Shown: positions 13,156 through 26,199 of the stretch, one piece after another | How positions within the stretch are numbered: the first letter of the stretch is position 1 | How the letters are laid out: each line of letters begins with the position of its first letter | NCBI GenBank assembly: GCA_051530055.1 | Contig: CM121343.1 | Coordinates: forward strand, 5,302,389-5,366,388 | Length of the DNA stretch: 64,000 nucleotides | Reading direction: 5' to 3' | Origin: Neoechinorhynchus agilis | Taxonomy: Eukaryota > Animalia > Acanthocephala | Notes under the pieces: generated by a model | The model's database searches: none | What the model was told of the DNA's origin: nothing | Seen by the model: the letters and a program-made list of their open reading frames with translations, nothing else | Position numbers and translations under genes: made by a program

Positions 13156-15063
13156 ATGCACAGGGACGACGGTTTGGCCTTTGTGTCTCCGGTTAGGATT
13201 CAGTTGATTGGTGATTCTGGTGTTGGTAAGACGTCTCTTATGTTATCCCTGATTAATGACGAATACTTTGACGCCGCACAATTTTTCAGTAGTGATACCG
13301 CTGTTTTGCCTCGGGCTGCTACTTTTTGTGAGGATATTCTCATAATGAAGTCATCAAATGGACTTAGCGATTGTATAATATCTGACTTGGGAAACGGCTG
13401 TGATATCCAGCTATCGGACGTTTATTGTTTATTGGTTGAAGGTGGATTCCATGAGGATAATGGTAGATGCCACTTGTGCCATCAATTGAATAGGTTACAA
13501 TCGCATTGGATACCAAAAGTAAAGCGCTTGTATGAAAACATCGACGGCCAATCGGTCGGCTATTGGTTCTTTACTGTGTGTTCAGAAGAGAATCAATACC
13601 ATCCAAGATGCGATCACTCCTTGCTTGATGATTGTTATATCTAAAGAGGATATAGCCGACCCAAATTGCATTAGCGATTGTGATTGTTGTACTCGCAGTC
13701 TTAAACGAGTCATCCAATCTTTTAACGAGATCGAATGCGTGGTTAGTTGCTCAAGTCGGCTAATGGCTGACATTGCCCATGTATTTTACCGCGCACAAAA
13801 GAGTTTCTTTTATCCTACAAGGCATTTGATTGCATCTTATCACCCATTAACTTTTAATGATCAATTCATTTCTATTCTCCAACATGTATTCTTTCTAATG
13901 TCGAATTTTCACGACTCGTTCAATAAGGATCGACTTGAACTATCATCGTTTATTGAAAGCCAACCACATCTTCCCGACTCGATTCAACTCGATCAATTTT
14001 ATAAAATCATAAAAGACTCAATCGTAAATCTGAGACCTGAACGTGCATGGTCAATCATTGAAGTATTTTACGAGCGAAATCTGACATTCCACAACCATCT
14101 AGTTGCCAATAAAGGTTATACAGAAAAACAATTGATCGATTTCATTCTCTCTGTCGACTTTAACGACAATTATGAAAGGATAATTAGGCAATACAGAATC
14201 GCTGCTTATTTTAATCAATTCCTCGGGCCTAAAAGGAATCTATATGTTGTAGCATCTCATCTATTGTCACTCAAAAGACTTTCTGAACAAGATTTTGAAG
14301 AATTTTTAGGTTATATTGGATTCGGATTATTCTTAAGTCCAAAAGTTAAGGTGGAGAAAACGCCTTGTAAGTTTGCCGTTGCTCAATGTTATGTTGCCAA
14401 GCTTATTTCATCTGACGAAAAACAAATTGAGCAGTTTATATGTCAGATGCCAAACGGAATAAAATTCAGCAATCACCAAACCATTGGCTGCGTTCAAATG
14501 AACGATCAGTATTGGCCTTTGGTTATAAGCACAAATGTTAGCTCAACTGATTTTGACGTGGTTTGTCTACTCGATGCTCCCAAAGACTCTCTCTGAATTC
14601 CAAATTAAGGAACTTCGCTTTGGAACTCAGAGTTTATCATTCTTACTCTGTTTTAAACAAACCAGTTGCCTTGATCAGCAATTTTTATGCTTCCGACGAC
14701 AGCGTACCTATAAATGGAATCGAAATTTTGAAATATCGGTCTATAAATGACGCATACGTTGGTATTTGCCGTTGGATATCTCGCAATATGTCAACCGCTG
14801 ACAAAAAGCAGATTAAAACAGCAACAACCGTGGTTGACCGTATTCGCCAATTTTTATTCTCCGGTGCTGTCATTTCAACTTTTTCAATTACTCTAATTTC
14901 CGTATCCATCAGCAGTCTAGTATTGGTTGTATCGAAAACTCTATGGGACAAATGGTCGACAACATCGCTAATTGTTAATCCAGCGCGATCGAGTGTGTCG
15001 CTCGCAGCTCATGCGTGTTGGAAACCATTTTGCACTGAATGTTCAGCTCAGTTAACACAATAA
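13156..15063 (+). CDS. RHOT1: Mitochondrial Rho GTPase (Miro), divergent; 31-nt intron 13555-13585 and an apparent frameshift near 14590
   Basis: N-terminal VRIQLIGDSGVGKTSLMLSL, SHWIP..PCLMIVISKED, VSCSSR..VFYRAQKSFFYPT. C-terminal DVVCLL..KPVALIS and a hydrophobic tail anchor (FSITLISVSISSLVLVV). Confidence 0.85.
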
Positions 15064-15947
15064 TGCTACGCAGAATATAAACTCGTTTTCGCCCAATGAA
15101 ACTTGTTCGAGATTTTTACACTTTTGAGTAACGCCTTTCTTTTGGTAGTTTTGCCAACATCTCGGATTTAAATTCACTAATTTATTTCAGATCTAACTTG
15201 AAATATCGGGGAAATAAATTAGTGAAGTAGCAAAACTACCAAAAGAAAGTCTCTTCCCCCGAAGATCATAATCCAGGACATCGAGAACATTTTCGTTGAT
15301 ACTTCGGTAACACGAATTACCAAGTGCATTTCGCTTTTTTGCTCACCTTCCTACGAGGACGAAGTCAGTGATTGCTAGGCGAATATCCTATAGGAAAATA
15401 ATTGACGCGTGCTATCACATCAAGAATTCCTCTAATCAAAAGCTAATCTCATACGCCGTCTTTGTAAGCCTGTCTTCACCAAACAGCAGGATAGGAATTG
15501 ATTTTAGATAACAAATCGCGCTTGCTACTCATGGACTCGGTATAGCGAATCGATATGCAATGTCTTGGTTGTTTGCATATTACTTGGAATCAATATAAAT
15601 GAATGGATGACGCTTAAAGTGTCATTGCCATGTTTAAAATCGGCAAAGGAAATTCTCAGAGCGGATTACAAGCGAGTTTTGAAGACAGGTATAAATACAA
15701 AAATTCCTGAATATGTTGGCCTTTATGATATGTTTCGACTGTGCACATAATGCGCAGTTCAAAAAAACTAAAATTTAATACCTTATTTTTTTCATGGTGG
15801 TCTTATCGGTTACTATTCGAAGGAAGATAATTTGATCTTTCTCCACGAGCCAATCTTCGTAGATGATGTAATCTATTGAATCGTCTCAAATCTTCTTTCT
15901 CTCTTATTGGGACAAGATGCGTAAAATTACCCTTTAAAGCAAAAATT

Positions 15948-18607
15948 TCAGCAAAAGCGACTAAATTCCCAACCTACTCCTTGATACTTTTGCCTCACCG
16001 GTTCAACGTCTACGATGACATTTCGGAGTCTTCGTTTGCTCATGATTTCCAGAATGGTTGCGCCTTCAGTGAGATCTATACTTTCCAATTCACTGATGTC
16101 ATCATTTGTGGAATAAAAGGTGGACTCGTCAGAATTCTCTTCAGTTTCTTCATAGGGTTCCCTTTTAATGTTCGACAGATACAGGGCCTGCTGAACTGGG
16201 ACCCTTGGATAGGATGACTGAGTTGTAAGTCCCATGTGCTCGTTTTCGTGAGCGACGAGTTCGCCGCGATTGTCAAATACCCTTAAGCACATCTGACAAG
16301 TTTTTTGTTTTGGATGAATTCCACTTGAATCCGTCGAAATCCGGACAAACTCGTCGCGGTGAGCTTCTATTACATGAGAACGAAGCATATCGCGTCTTCG
16401 AAACGCTTTCGAGCATTTGTTAAGACGAAGGCACCGATCATTTACAGAATTCGCGTATATCGCATCCAGTTTTTCGACGATATTTTTATCAATGATTCGT
16501 CTTTCTTTGAGGGATTAATCGGACCACATCGTGGTGTGATCATTTTGGTTCTAGAGACCGGCTAGCCCGATAAACCGGTGATTTGATCGAATAAACACAC
16601 CAATTATAAATTATCAACTTTCTAGATTACACAAAAAATAGCAGTTTGAAAAATTGCAGCCATTACGATTAAAATAGATTTCGATTCTCTACTAATCTGA
16701 ACTTTTTAAGAAACGTCTTTGGAACTAATAAGGTCGATCGTCCAAATTATATCATTGAATATTTTGAGCAAAGCTCTTGCCTCATAAACCGAAAGCAATG
16801 CATGCTGATCGATTTTACAATGGATGCAAAAAGTGGTTTACGGCGTATTTTGGATTTGGACATAAAACCATATAAGGCAAAGTAGAAAATCTCAATTTTT
16901 AAAATTAGATTTGCGAAATGAAATAAGAGGGTCAATGTTCGGGAATTAAGATGGGGTACGGGATGGATTCATAGTTTCGATAAGAAATATCGATAGATCA
17001 AGCGCGGGTATCCGAGACTCGAAAACAAGAATTGAAATGCATCCCTTTTTTGAGATCCTTGGTGGAAGATCTCATTTTTAAAACGTCCAATATTTTCGTT
17101 GAAAAGCAACTTTTCGGCTTTCAGGAAGAGATAAACCAAAGTGCACATCACATCGGAGCCTTCGATTTACATTTGAATGGAAGCCTGGGACTATGAATGG
17201 AAACATGGCGGCGTACGATTTGTTTCGATACAAACGAATTGTCACATATGGGGCATTTGAACGGCGGTCCAGTGATCAATGAACTATTTTCGGTATACCT
17301 GTCCACTAGCTTTTCAATCTCCAATGGACTTAGAGATTTCTTTTTGGATTGTCGTTTTAATGTCTCCATATCACACTTCGACGGTAATTTAGGACCTAAG
17401 ACTTGAAAAAGAGAAGGTTGCTTCTTTCGGATAACTAGGGTTTAGCTCTATACACTAAATTATCCTAAAGAAATTATTCATTATAGTTTCATTTTCAATT
17501 AGCGATGTTTGATTCAGAAAATAGATTGATCTTGAAAATTTTCGGCCTTTTCGATGTGTTTGAAGATGAAAATTTTGACCAGGTTGATGGGCTGGCGTTG
17601 GGAAGTCCATTGTCCCCATGGGAAGATAAATACTTGTCTAAGTTGAATGGTGTAAATCTCTGGCTAAGATATGTGGATGATACGTTCATTATCCTAGATC
17701 CCAATAGGAGTTCAGCGATAAAACTTGTCAAAGAGCTGAATAACTGCCACCAAAATATAAAATGGAAGAGGAGGAAAATAATAATTTACCTTTTTTGGAC
17801 GTACGAGTAACACTCATTCCGGGCAATGGTTTCATTACTTTGGTTTAAAGGAAGCAAGGTGTTCCGCATATGGTGGTCCCATGGATCTCTGCCCAACCGA
17901 TCAATTACAAATTGGCAAGTCAGATCGATGTTCATCAGAGCATTTCGGTATTGTTCGGATGATGTACTACTCAAATTCATCAGTGATAGTTGGAATGCAA
18001 AAATAGACACTCTGATCAAACGAATCGATAGTGACAAAATTTTAACTACGTATAGTAGGAAGGGCAGGACTCTCCTAGGAATACTCCGACCGAAGAATGA
18101 AGATGTTCCTGCTGGATGTGTCTATAAGATCCCATGTTCGAATTACAGTCTGTCATATGTGGGACAAACGAACAATCTAAATAGAAGGATTGCTGAGCAC
18201 AGAAAGCAGCTATCAAAAAATCTGATGTGAGCTCGGCAATAGTGTCCTACATCAATGGCAGTGGGTATGAAATCAATTTTGATGGCGTCGAGGTTCTTGC
18301 GAGGAGTGACGTAAGACGCGACAGAGTGACTATGGAAGCCATCATGATCCAGCAAACGGATACTTTTGTTGGCAACAAAGATGACTACAAACTCAGTCTG
18401 CGAGTCCCACCGAATAAACTATTTGACAATGCTTCTTTTCAATTGTAGATTGACTGAAGAAGGCCAACGAAAAGGCCGAAATTTTTTAATATATCGATCT
18501 ATTTCTGAATCAAACATCGCTAATTGAAACTGAAACTAAATTATCAATTTGGTTTAAACTCGTGGGGTACGTTTCGGACTGGTGGTCAATTCTCTCAAAT
18601 AAGACAT
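15948..18607 (-). CDS. C2H2 zinc-finger protein (3 fingers after removing the 16421-17168 insertion); first exon 18607-18571 is a model
   Basis: FKCPICDNSFVSKQIVRRHVSIH; rejoined FKCNKCSKAFRRRDMLRSHVIEAH; KTCQMCLRVFDNRGELVAHENEH. The putative phase-1 intron 18570-17396 is GT-AG and frame-consistent. Confidence 0.8.
16421..17169. mobile_element. TA-bounded inverted-repeat insertion splitting a zinc finger (747 bp TA-to-TA)
   Basis: TA at 16421-22 and 17168-69. Ends AGACGAAGGCACCGAT versus AATCGAAGGCTCCGAT (13/16, in register). Confidence 0.9.
16443..16807 (+). repeat. 365-bp dispersed direct repeat, copy 2 (inside the ZnF insertion)
   Basis: Near-identical to 8533-8897. Confidence 0.95.
17486..18536 (+). 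mobile_element. Penelope-like element relic (RT + GIY-YIG) with inverted terminal segment
   Basis: GLALGSPLSP, WLRYVDDTFII, GCVYKIPCSNYSLSYVGQT..L..RIAEH. About 68-bp inverted repeats at 17486-17553 and 18468-18536, each flanked by TA. Confidence 0.9.
18446..18501 (+). ncRNA. Minimal hammerhead-ribozyme-like motif in the Penelope 3' terminus
   Basis: TAGATTGA-CTGAAGA-A-GGCC..GGCC-GAAA-..-TA-TCGATCTA: core boxes, stem I and stem II present, stem III very short. PLE-associated minimal hammerheads are established knowledge. Confidence 0.5.
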
Positions 18608-19225
18608 CTTCCGATCTTTAGGTAAAGCGAGATCGATCGATACACAATTGGATCGATAGGTTTAAGCGAGTCCTTGGTTGATTTGAACACTCACGTGTAA
18701 TGGATGATCCCGTGAGAAACGGTAGTCGTGGGTAAAACGACGAATGGCTGCCACCTTTCTCCTTCGATGATCGAATCTGAGTGCTTAAAAAATGATTGCT
18801 GAAAAGACGCGCGCGCGTTGATTCTTTTGGAATGACGTAGACCTCGGTGACGTATGCGCATTAGTCTCAAAAACCTCGGAGTTCAAGTGTAGCGGAGCAC
18901 TAAAAACATTCGCTTTTATTAAAGCATCTTCGCTACTCACCATAACTCGCTTTAAGCCATTAAATCGCGATGCTCTTCTTTGCTGAATGGTATTCACGTC
19001 GCTTCTGAACACCTCGATATTCAGTCGGTCGCATAAAGAGGACTTACGCCCGATAACGCGTGATCGAGCATTTGAATGTAGCGCGTAAAACTGCATTCTT
19101 TCGGTTCACGTAAAGCCTCCACCTGACAATGGAGCGATTTGTCGCCTAACCCCATTGTGGAAAACTGTCGAATCCGAGTAGTTTTTGGCTGGATGCAAAT
19201 ACCATTTAAGGGTGCAGGTTCGACT

Positions 19226-20106
19226 ATGCGAGTCCGAGATCAGTCTTCGCATGAGCTCTTAAGTAGGGCAGAGGACATGGTAGACGACGTAAGTAAAGAA
19301 GCTGGAAAGCTCTAAACCTTGATAGTGATTAGGTGACGCGCAGTCTAAAATCAGTGTTGCCGTATATCGCTCGATTCTGTTTGGTATCGACGTTTATTGA
19401 AGATGGTCTTCGAATGTGGTTTCAATGGACATCTCAGCGAGAGTACATGTCGAATATATGGAAGGTTCCGCATTCGGTTGCTGCTGGATTCATTTTTTTC
19501 AACATGGTTATGCAATTGGTTCCGAGCGTGCTGGTATTATTGAAGAAACAAACGCTCTATGCAAGTGCATGCCTCGTTGTGATCACTTTGGTTCAAGTGG
19601 TTGCTTATGACATCATGACTGAGATTCGGTTTATCCTCAGAGTGTTGTCTTTGATTGGTGGAATATTGCTATTATTGGTCGAAGAAACGAAAGCCGCTGA
19701 AATGATGGGAAGCGGTGCTTTGGCAGGACTGCCGAAACTTCCTTCAGAACGACGTACAAATGTATTACAACTGACCGGAAGAGTCCTCCTCGTTTTTATG
19801 TTCCTGTCGATTCTACACTTCAACTTGCACCCAGCCTTGATCCTCTGTGACCTTGTCGGTTCGTCACTTATGATCCTTGTCTTTGTTGGATATAAGACAA
19901 AGCTGTCTGCAATGTTCCTATTTGCATTCTTAGCCATCATCAATATCATTATGAACCCATTTTGGCAAGTCCACCGAACTAGTCCATATCACGACGTTCT
20001 CAGATACGATTTCTTTCAAACACTCAGTGTAATGGGTGGCCTTCTATATGTTGTTATGCTTGGTCCAGGAGGAGTCTCCATCGATGCAAGAAAGAAGCAG
20101 TGGTAA
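19226..20106 (+). CDS. SURF4: Surfeit locus protein 4 / Erv29 ER cargo receptor
   Basis: Exon 1 19226-19288 (..LSRAEDMVDD), GT-AG intron 19289-19332, then LPYIARFCLVSTFIEDGLRMWFQW ... YDFFQTLSVMGGLL..GPGGVSIDARKKQW with a KKxx retrieval motif. Confidence 0.95.
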
Positions 20107-21195
20107 GTCTTTAATCCAGCAGGCTGACTTGAATGCTTGAATTTTAAATGAGTGTTAAACACTAACACTTTCGTTCTCTCTCTCTTTCTATGTCGCTTTG
20201 TGTATTGTGCGCGTGTGTTACTACTCAACAAGTCAACAATTTTTTTATTAGATCTTTTAGCACAATAATTTAATTCTTTTATTGTCTTGTATACTTTTCG
20301 CTATAAACGTTAGAATCACATTTATGAACTTTGTTAAAGTAACCGATGCACTTTTCTTGTGTCCTTTAAAATGAAGGCAAATAATAAAATTTAAGCATTG
20401 TACCATCGGCTACAAAGTGCTTTGCTTTTCGTTGTCATAAATTAATAGTTTAATGTATACGAATCATTGACACTAATTCGCATGACCACTATGTTTGCTG
20501 CAGCTGGACAATCGATCAATTCGATTTTAGGTTTCTCGAACGGTTTATCGAAAAAACACTTGGTAAACATGAGTTTGCGCGCTCGCAACATGATATTGAT
20601 GATCAAAATTTAAATCGTAAGTAAAATTTTTTTACATATCATTAGAACACAGTCGCATTTTTCCTCTTGGGGATCTAAGAGTGTTTTTGTCTGGTTGCCG
20701 ATATAAGAACACATCCGACATTCTAGGAATTCCAACGTTACATGCAGAACATTGAATATTGCCCTGCTACATCCCCAACACTTTTGAGAGCGCATAACTT
20801 ACAATGATCGGCGAAACACTAAAAGTGGTCTTAAATTCTATTAAAATGTGATGTGCATTTTTAAATTAACAGAGCACTTAAGTTCGTTAAGCCTTTCCTC
20901 ACTAAGAATTGAGAAGTCTTTTGTAGGACTGAAACTTTAGAGTGTAATACAAAATAAAGGTGTTCTCTCTCTCGTGTGTTCCAAAGGCACTCAGCAGCTT
21001 TAACCAATCAACAATTTTATTGTTCTTCATCGGAGAATTTTCTTCGCAACTCAAAGACAAAACTTCCTTTCATTTGGTTCCTATCGTTGTTGTTGCTGTT
21101 GTTGTTGTTGTTTTCACGTAGTGTATGTGCATTTGAGCTGAAAGGATTCGATAACTGCTGTCGAGAAGTAAAATTCGTGATTCTCCCCATTTTAG

Positions 21196-21516
21196 ATGTC
21201 TCGTTTTTCAGAAAGGCTGCGCGAATATCGGATTGAATCAGTGAATCTAGTGGGTATGCGAAGTTTGAAGCTTCCTTACGATCAGGTGGACTGTGCAATA
21301 TGCCAGAAAAGCATTAACGACAACTGTGATACTTGTGAGCAGCAGCAACAGTCGGATTATATGTTGATTTGCTCAGTGGTTCAGGGTGTTTGTGGGCATG
21401 CATTCCACCAATGTTGTTCAAAATTGAGCATTGAACTAACATGTCCATTGTGTAGTGCGGATTGGAAAATTGAGAGAACTATTCCATTGAGTCATATGAT
21501 TCGTCCAGCACTCTGA
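21196..21516 (+). CDS. RING-H2 cullin ligase subunit, RBX2/RBX1-like (divergent)
   Basis: CAICQKSINDNCDTC..CSVVQGVCGHAFHQCC..CPLCSADW. FHxCC and CPLCxxDW resemble RBX2/RNF7, but RBX1 or APC11 cannot be excluded. Confidence 0.8.
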   Translation: MSRFSERLREYRIESVNLVGMRSLKLPYDQVDCAICQKSINDNCDTCEQQQQSDYMLICSVVQGVCGHAFHQCCSKLSIELTCPLCSADWKIERTIPLSHMIRPAL

Positions 21517-22330
21517 TTTCTGGAGAAGAATAGAAAACGCTTCTCAAATGTCTTAGTATTGTTTGTGGAGCTGTGAGTGTGCACTTGACTCATTGTGTGC
21601 ATGTACATGAGTGTGGGAAGTCATGTGATGGCACCGCGGCGCTGGCGGCGGGTTTTACACATCCACTGTTCCACATTTAAACTAAACACGGGCACTCAGA
21701 TATTTTTTGTGTGCCACTATATTGCATTCCCTCCCCCTTCCTTGTATGTCGTTTGCTTATATGGATATGAAGGAGCAGTGGTGGAGTAAACTGGGAAGCG
21801 TCTTTTGAGGCTGATATGGATTGAAACAAGACGTTGAGTGAGGAGGCTCCATAGAAGCGCAAGGAGGCTTCTAAAACGGAGCTTGCTTTAGTGGTACTCG
21901 TACACACAAAGCAATCAATATTATTACAGCTTCTTAAGCACATATGTCTTCTCTCTTAGTTTGAAACAAGAAAATGAGAGGAGAGGTGGATAAAATACTA
22001 GCGTTTCGCTGCATCCATCTCCTATAACACGTGCACATTCCACGGATACGAGCCAACAACTCACAAAGCCAACGTCCTTCTCGAGAGACTGCGTCTGGTA
22101 AGTTTGCGCGCCGAAGTGCCGGGATGGGATTTCAGTGGTGCCGATGATGATAATGATGATGATGAGCATCAATAGCAAATCATATCCATGCGCGTATTGT
22201 GTTTAGGAGAGAGAAAAGAAGCAAAGACTGATGTACGACGGCTCGCATCGAAATCAAAAAAGACTCTAACCTGTTTAAAAGCCATCGAGCAACAACAACA
22301 ACAACATTATACTCCAGATCTTTTAGTCAG

Positions 22331-23787
22331 ATGTCAAACACCGAACAATCATCTCCGTCTCTCACCCACAGGTCATCATCGATTTCACGGCCGCAGATCA
22401 AGGATGCGTTCGATGATACTCTCTTTGCCGAGTATTACGACGCGCTGTTCTCAGGAATTACCCAGAACGTCGATCCACTCCCAACATCAACGGCTCTCTC
22501 CGGCATACAAACACCTACGCTCTCCTCTTCGTCATCAGTTGTCTCTCAGCAATCCGTTAGATCTTTCATGACCACGAGCAGCGGCAGTGCCGCCTTAAGC
22601 TCGGCTACTGGACCTGCTTCCTCATCTTCCGCTTCTTCAAATACAGGCGGTTCCTTGTCCATTCCAATTGCACAACGAAAGGTCGAACATGCACTGGAGC
22701 CATTTGAACTTGGACTGGACGTAAACTTTTATGCGTCCAAACTGAATGCTTTCATAGGACAAGCCATCACTCGAAATATCTACATTCTGGACATTTCAAC
22801 TGGCACGGGCCGTGTCCTTGCCGAAATTTTAACTCTCCTCTCAAGCAGTAGAATCAAACAACGACTTCATTTCGTTGGCACGGATTGCCATGACCCAATG
22901 CTTTCTAGAGCTCGACTTAAGATTCACAAATTACTTAGATCAGGCGCTGCTTCTGGTGTTGACAGCATTTCTGTCAATTTCATCGACGCCGATTTTGACG
23001 GAATCGAAAAATCAGTCTCACCCCGACGATTTCACCTGATTATTTTAGCACTGGCATCCTTTCATAGAATTTTAACTTATCAAGCAAGAATGAATTTTCT
23101 TACCAGTATTTGCAACCTTCTTTTGCCTGACGGAAGATGCATTATCAACCTTTTACCAGAAAAAGACATTGTCGTTGGAAAACATCAAATTAGTTTTTGT
23201 GTAGACGAGAATCCTGGATCACATTCTCCGACAATGAGAAGTCAGCAAGACAGTCAAAGGGTTCATGCGAGACCCGCAGGAGACACCGGGAGATTCAGGT
23301 CTTCATGGAGGTCTGACATGATGAGAGGAAATCAAAACGAGGTCTCTTATTTCCAAATGACCGTGACAACCGTAGATGTTGAACACTGCACAGATGAGGA
23401 ATCAAACCCTGATGAAGACGTAGTCCATTTGTCAGAAAAGGTTGTTAATACTTCCTTTCTTTTACAGTCCATTAAGGAATCGAACACTAGTGCAGGTTTG
23501 TTTTTTTGCAAAATCCATGGACTTAGATTTGATTTGGAAGTTTAGGTACGTATGGAAGTCAGCGGCACACCGAATCACATTGTTCAACTTGGCAAAGAAC
23601 CGTGAATGTTCGTCGCTTAGCCCAAATGATTGCAAAAGCTGATCTCGACGTTGTCGAAATGTTTGACTCCTTCCGAGGTGCTTTGTGTCGACAGAGGTCT
23701 ACCAATTATGATTCCGCTAAAGTCATCGTGATTGGCCGCAAAAAGCCACAACAAATCAATATATCAACTTTACGAACATTCCGATAA
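22331..23787 (+). CDS. Class I SAM-dependent methyltransferase with Ser-rich N-terminus; two short 3' introns
   Basis: ILDISTGTGR (motif I), VGTDCHDPML, FIDADF, FHLIILALASFH..LLPDGRCII. Splicing a 31-nt intron near 23495 and 23546-23597 gives WKFRTVNVRRLAQMIAKADLDVVEMFDSF. Confidence 0.8.
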
Positions 23788-24637
23788 TGCGCTGACAAGA
23801 ACGCCGATATATCTCATTACTTATTCTACTCAGTTATTCCACTTATATGAATCATCCACAACACAGCCAGTGACCGTTTTGATCGAAAACCCAAGTTTAG
23901 TGTGTAAGCGCACACATACACAAATGAACCAACTATGGTTGCAACATGTTTTTCTTCTTAAAAAATAAGAAAACCGCAGATTTGATCGAGTCTCACGAGT
24001 AACTTAAAAATCAAAGATTCATTTAAAGTAAACTGAGTTAAACAAAGCTAAAGTTAAGCTGAAAACATTTTAAGAACACAAAACTAAGACATTCATTTAC
24101 ACGAACTCGAACATTCAAAAACTTACAAGCAATGACCAAAAGCCTGAAGAGGGAGACTTTGCTCTCCGAAAATTTGCATAATAAGAAACCTCTGGGTGTC
24201 CGCACAAAACAAAACTAAGAGTGTCATGAAATGCCGAACGCCATTGTGTTCAACGTTCAATCGATCGCTTTTAGAATTTTCAGATAGAATTGTGGTGAAT
24301 ATACTCCGGGTTAAGAACTATTTTATTGCGAAGAAATATTTCCATAGAGGAAACCTCGCTCATCAGCCATTGTTTGTATAAAATACGAAAAAACCCTTTG
24401 CAAAACGTACTTTAATAACTAACAAACTGATGATGAATCCGACAAGGTTCTAAACAGATTTAATAAAAAATCATTTACCTTGTGACGAACCAAATAACAC
24501 TTTTAAAATACCTCCTAACAGGGACTATTTTCACCACAATTTTAACATCGATTAATTAGAATAGAGATTGATTTATTAATTCAAAGCTTAATAGTTTTAC
24601 ATAACAACATTTCTAACACAAATAAGTTTTTCAATGC

Positions 24638-25005
24638 CTAGCCGTCCTCGTCCTCAATTGTCGCCCGAATGCTTGCCGTGTTGCCACTCAACACAGCGAT
24701 GCTGATACTTACCTTCCATCGCCGGTTACAATCTGAAGGCGTCGCTTCAGATCCTTCAGAAGTTGAGGAGCCTCGCAATCAAGAGATTCGTAGGTCTCAA
24801 CCCCAAAAGGTGCAAACACATTGGCTAAATCGAGGTATTTTGCCGTTTTTCGTCCCTCCTAAGCGCTCGCTGCACCTCCAGCTTGAACCACCGAGAACTT
24901 GAGATTGCTAGCCGCGAGTGTATCGACACAAGTGGCGTCCCAGGGGAGGCATTTACCTTCCCGCCACGGAAATACGGTCACCCCATCAGGTCTATCCAAA
25001 TGTGC
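24638..25005 (-). mobile_element. CRE-clade REL endonuclease fragment
   Basis: [63 protein letters not shown]. Confidence 0.85.
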
Positions 25006-26199
25006 TTCACAAGCTCCGTGGATTATGCATTTAAATCATTTTAAATAACGTAGCGAGTTCAGCTTTCAGTTTCGTATTTTTTGAATATGCGCAGTCAATT
25101 CATTAGTTTCAAAATATGATCGAGTCCATAATTTATTTTTTCATATTATTGATATTACCGTAATCGTAAGGGACGATGGTTCATATCCTATTTGACTTCT
25201 AAGTATTAGGCGCAGAAAGTTTATGGCAAGAAATTGGAAATGGATTATTTATTTCTTGCCAGTGTTTCATTCCATATTCCAAAAGCGCATCATTCGTGTT
25301 GGTTTCATATTCGGATGTACCTGCAAGTCATTGCCAATGAAGAAAAATCATCCATCGCTCAATGCTCATGACGTTTCGTCATCTTCGTACCACTTTCCAT
25401 TTTTTTACTTTCTACCACAGTGTTCGGCGCTGCGAACTTCATTTTTGTACTACTCTCTCCCCACTTTCTAATAAATTCTGATCTTTAAGAGGATTGCGAT
25501 TTACTTCACACTTCAATTTTTCCTTCTCTCTGAGTACAGCTAATTATCCACATTTTTGTACCATAAACCTACAACCGATCCGAATTTGAGAGTTCGCCAC
25601 GTTCTGACAGTTCCCTTCAAATTTTTCTAAATAGTCAAAATAGAGTTCAATTTATTAGTGGTCCCGTGTACCCGAATGACATCGAGGAGAGCACAAAAAA
25701 GTTCGCGGCGTCAAAGAGGCCTCATTTAAATTTTACTATGTGTTTCCAGCTACCTTTTGTCTACACATATACAATCTGTTGATATAATTTGCTAAACGGA
25801 TTTCTCTCGTTCCTAGTTGAATAAATTGCTAACCATTCTCTACCACCTGAACTGCTTTTACCCTAGACAAATTAAACAAAGGCGACACGAAACAAGAGTG
25901 GTTTGTTAATCCTTCGAAATGCGAAAAACGAATGCAAAAATGTTAACAAATCGTCTTTGTGGTCAAATCTGAATTAATATAGTGGCAATCAAAATCAGCG
26001 CATTCCGTAGCAGCGAAATAAAGTCAATAAAAAAGAAACGGAATCTGTACTCATCGAAATTTTTAAACACAGTTCACAATCAAAATGCAAATTAGGAATA
26101 TGAGAGTATTCTAGCCTTTTGAATAAGTTGGAAAATGAACGACTCGAATCTCTATCAGCTTTATTTCCTTTAAATTAAGACGACAACATAGGATGGCGG

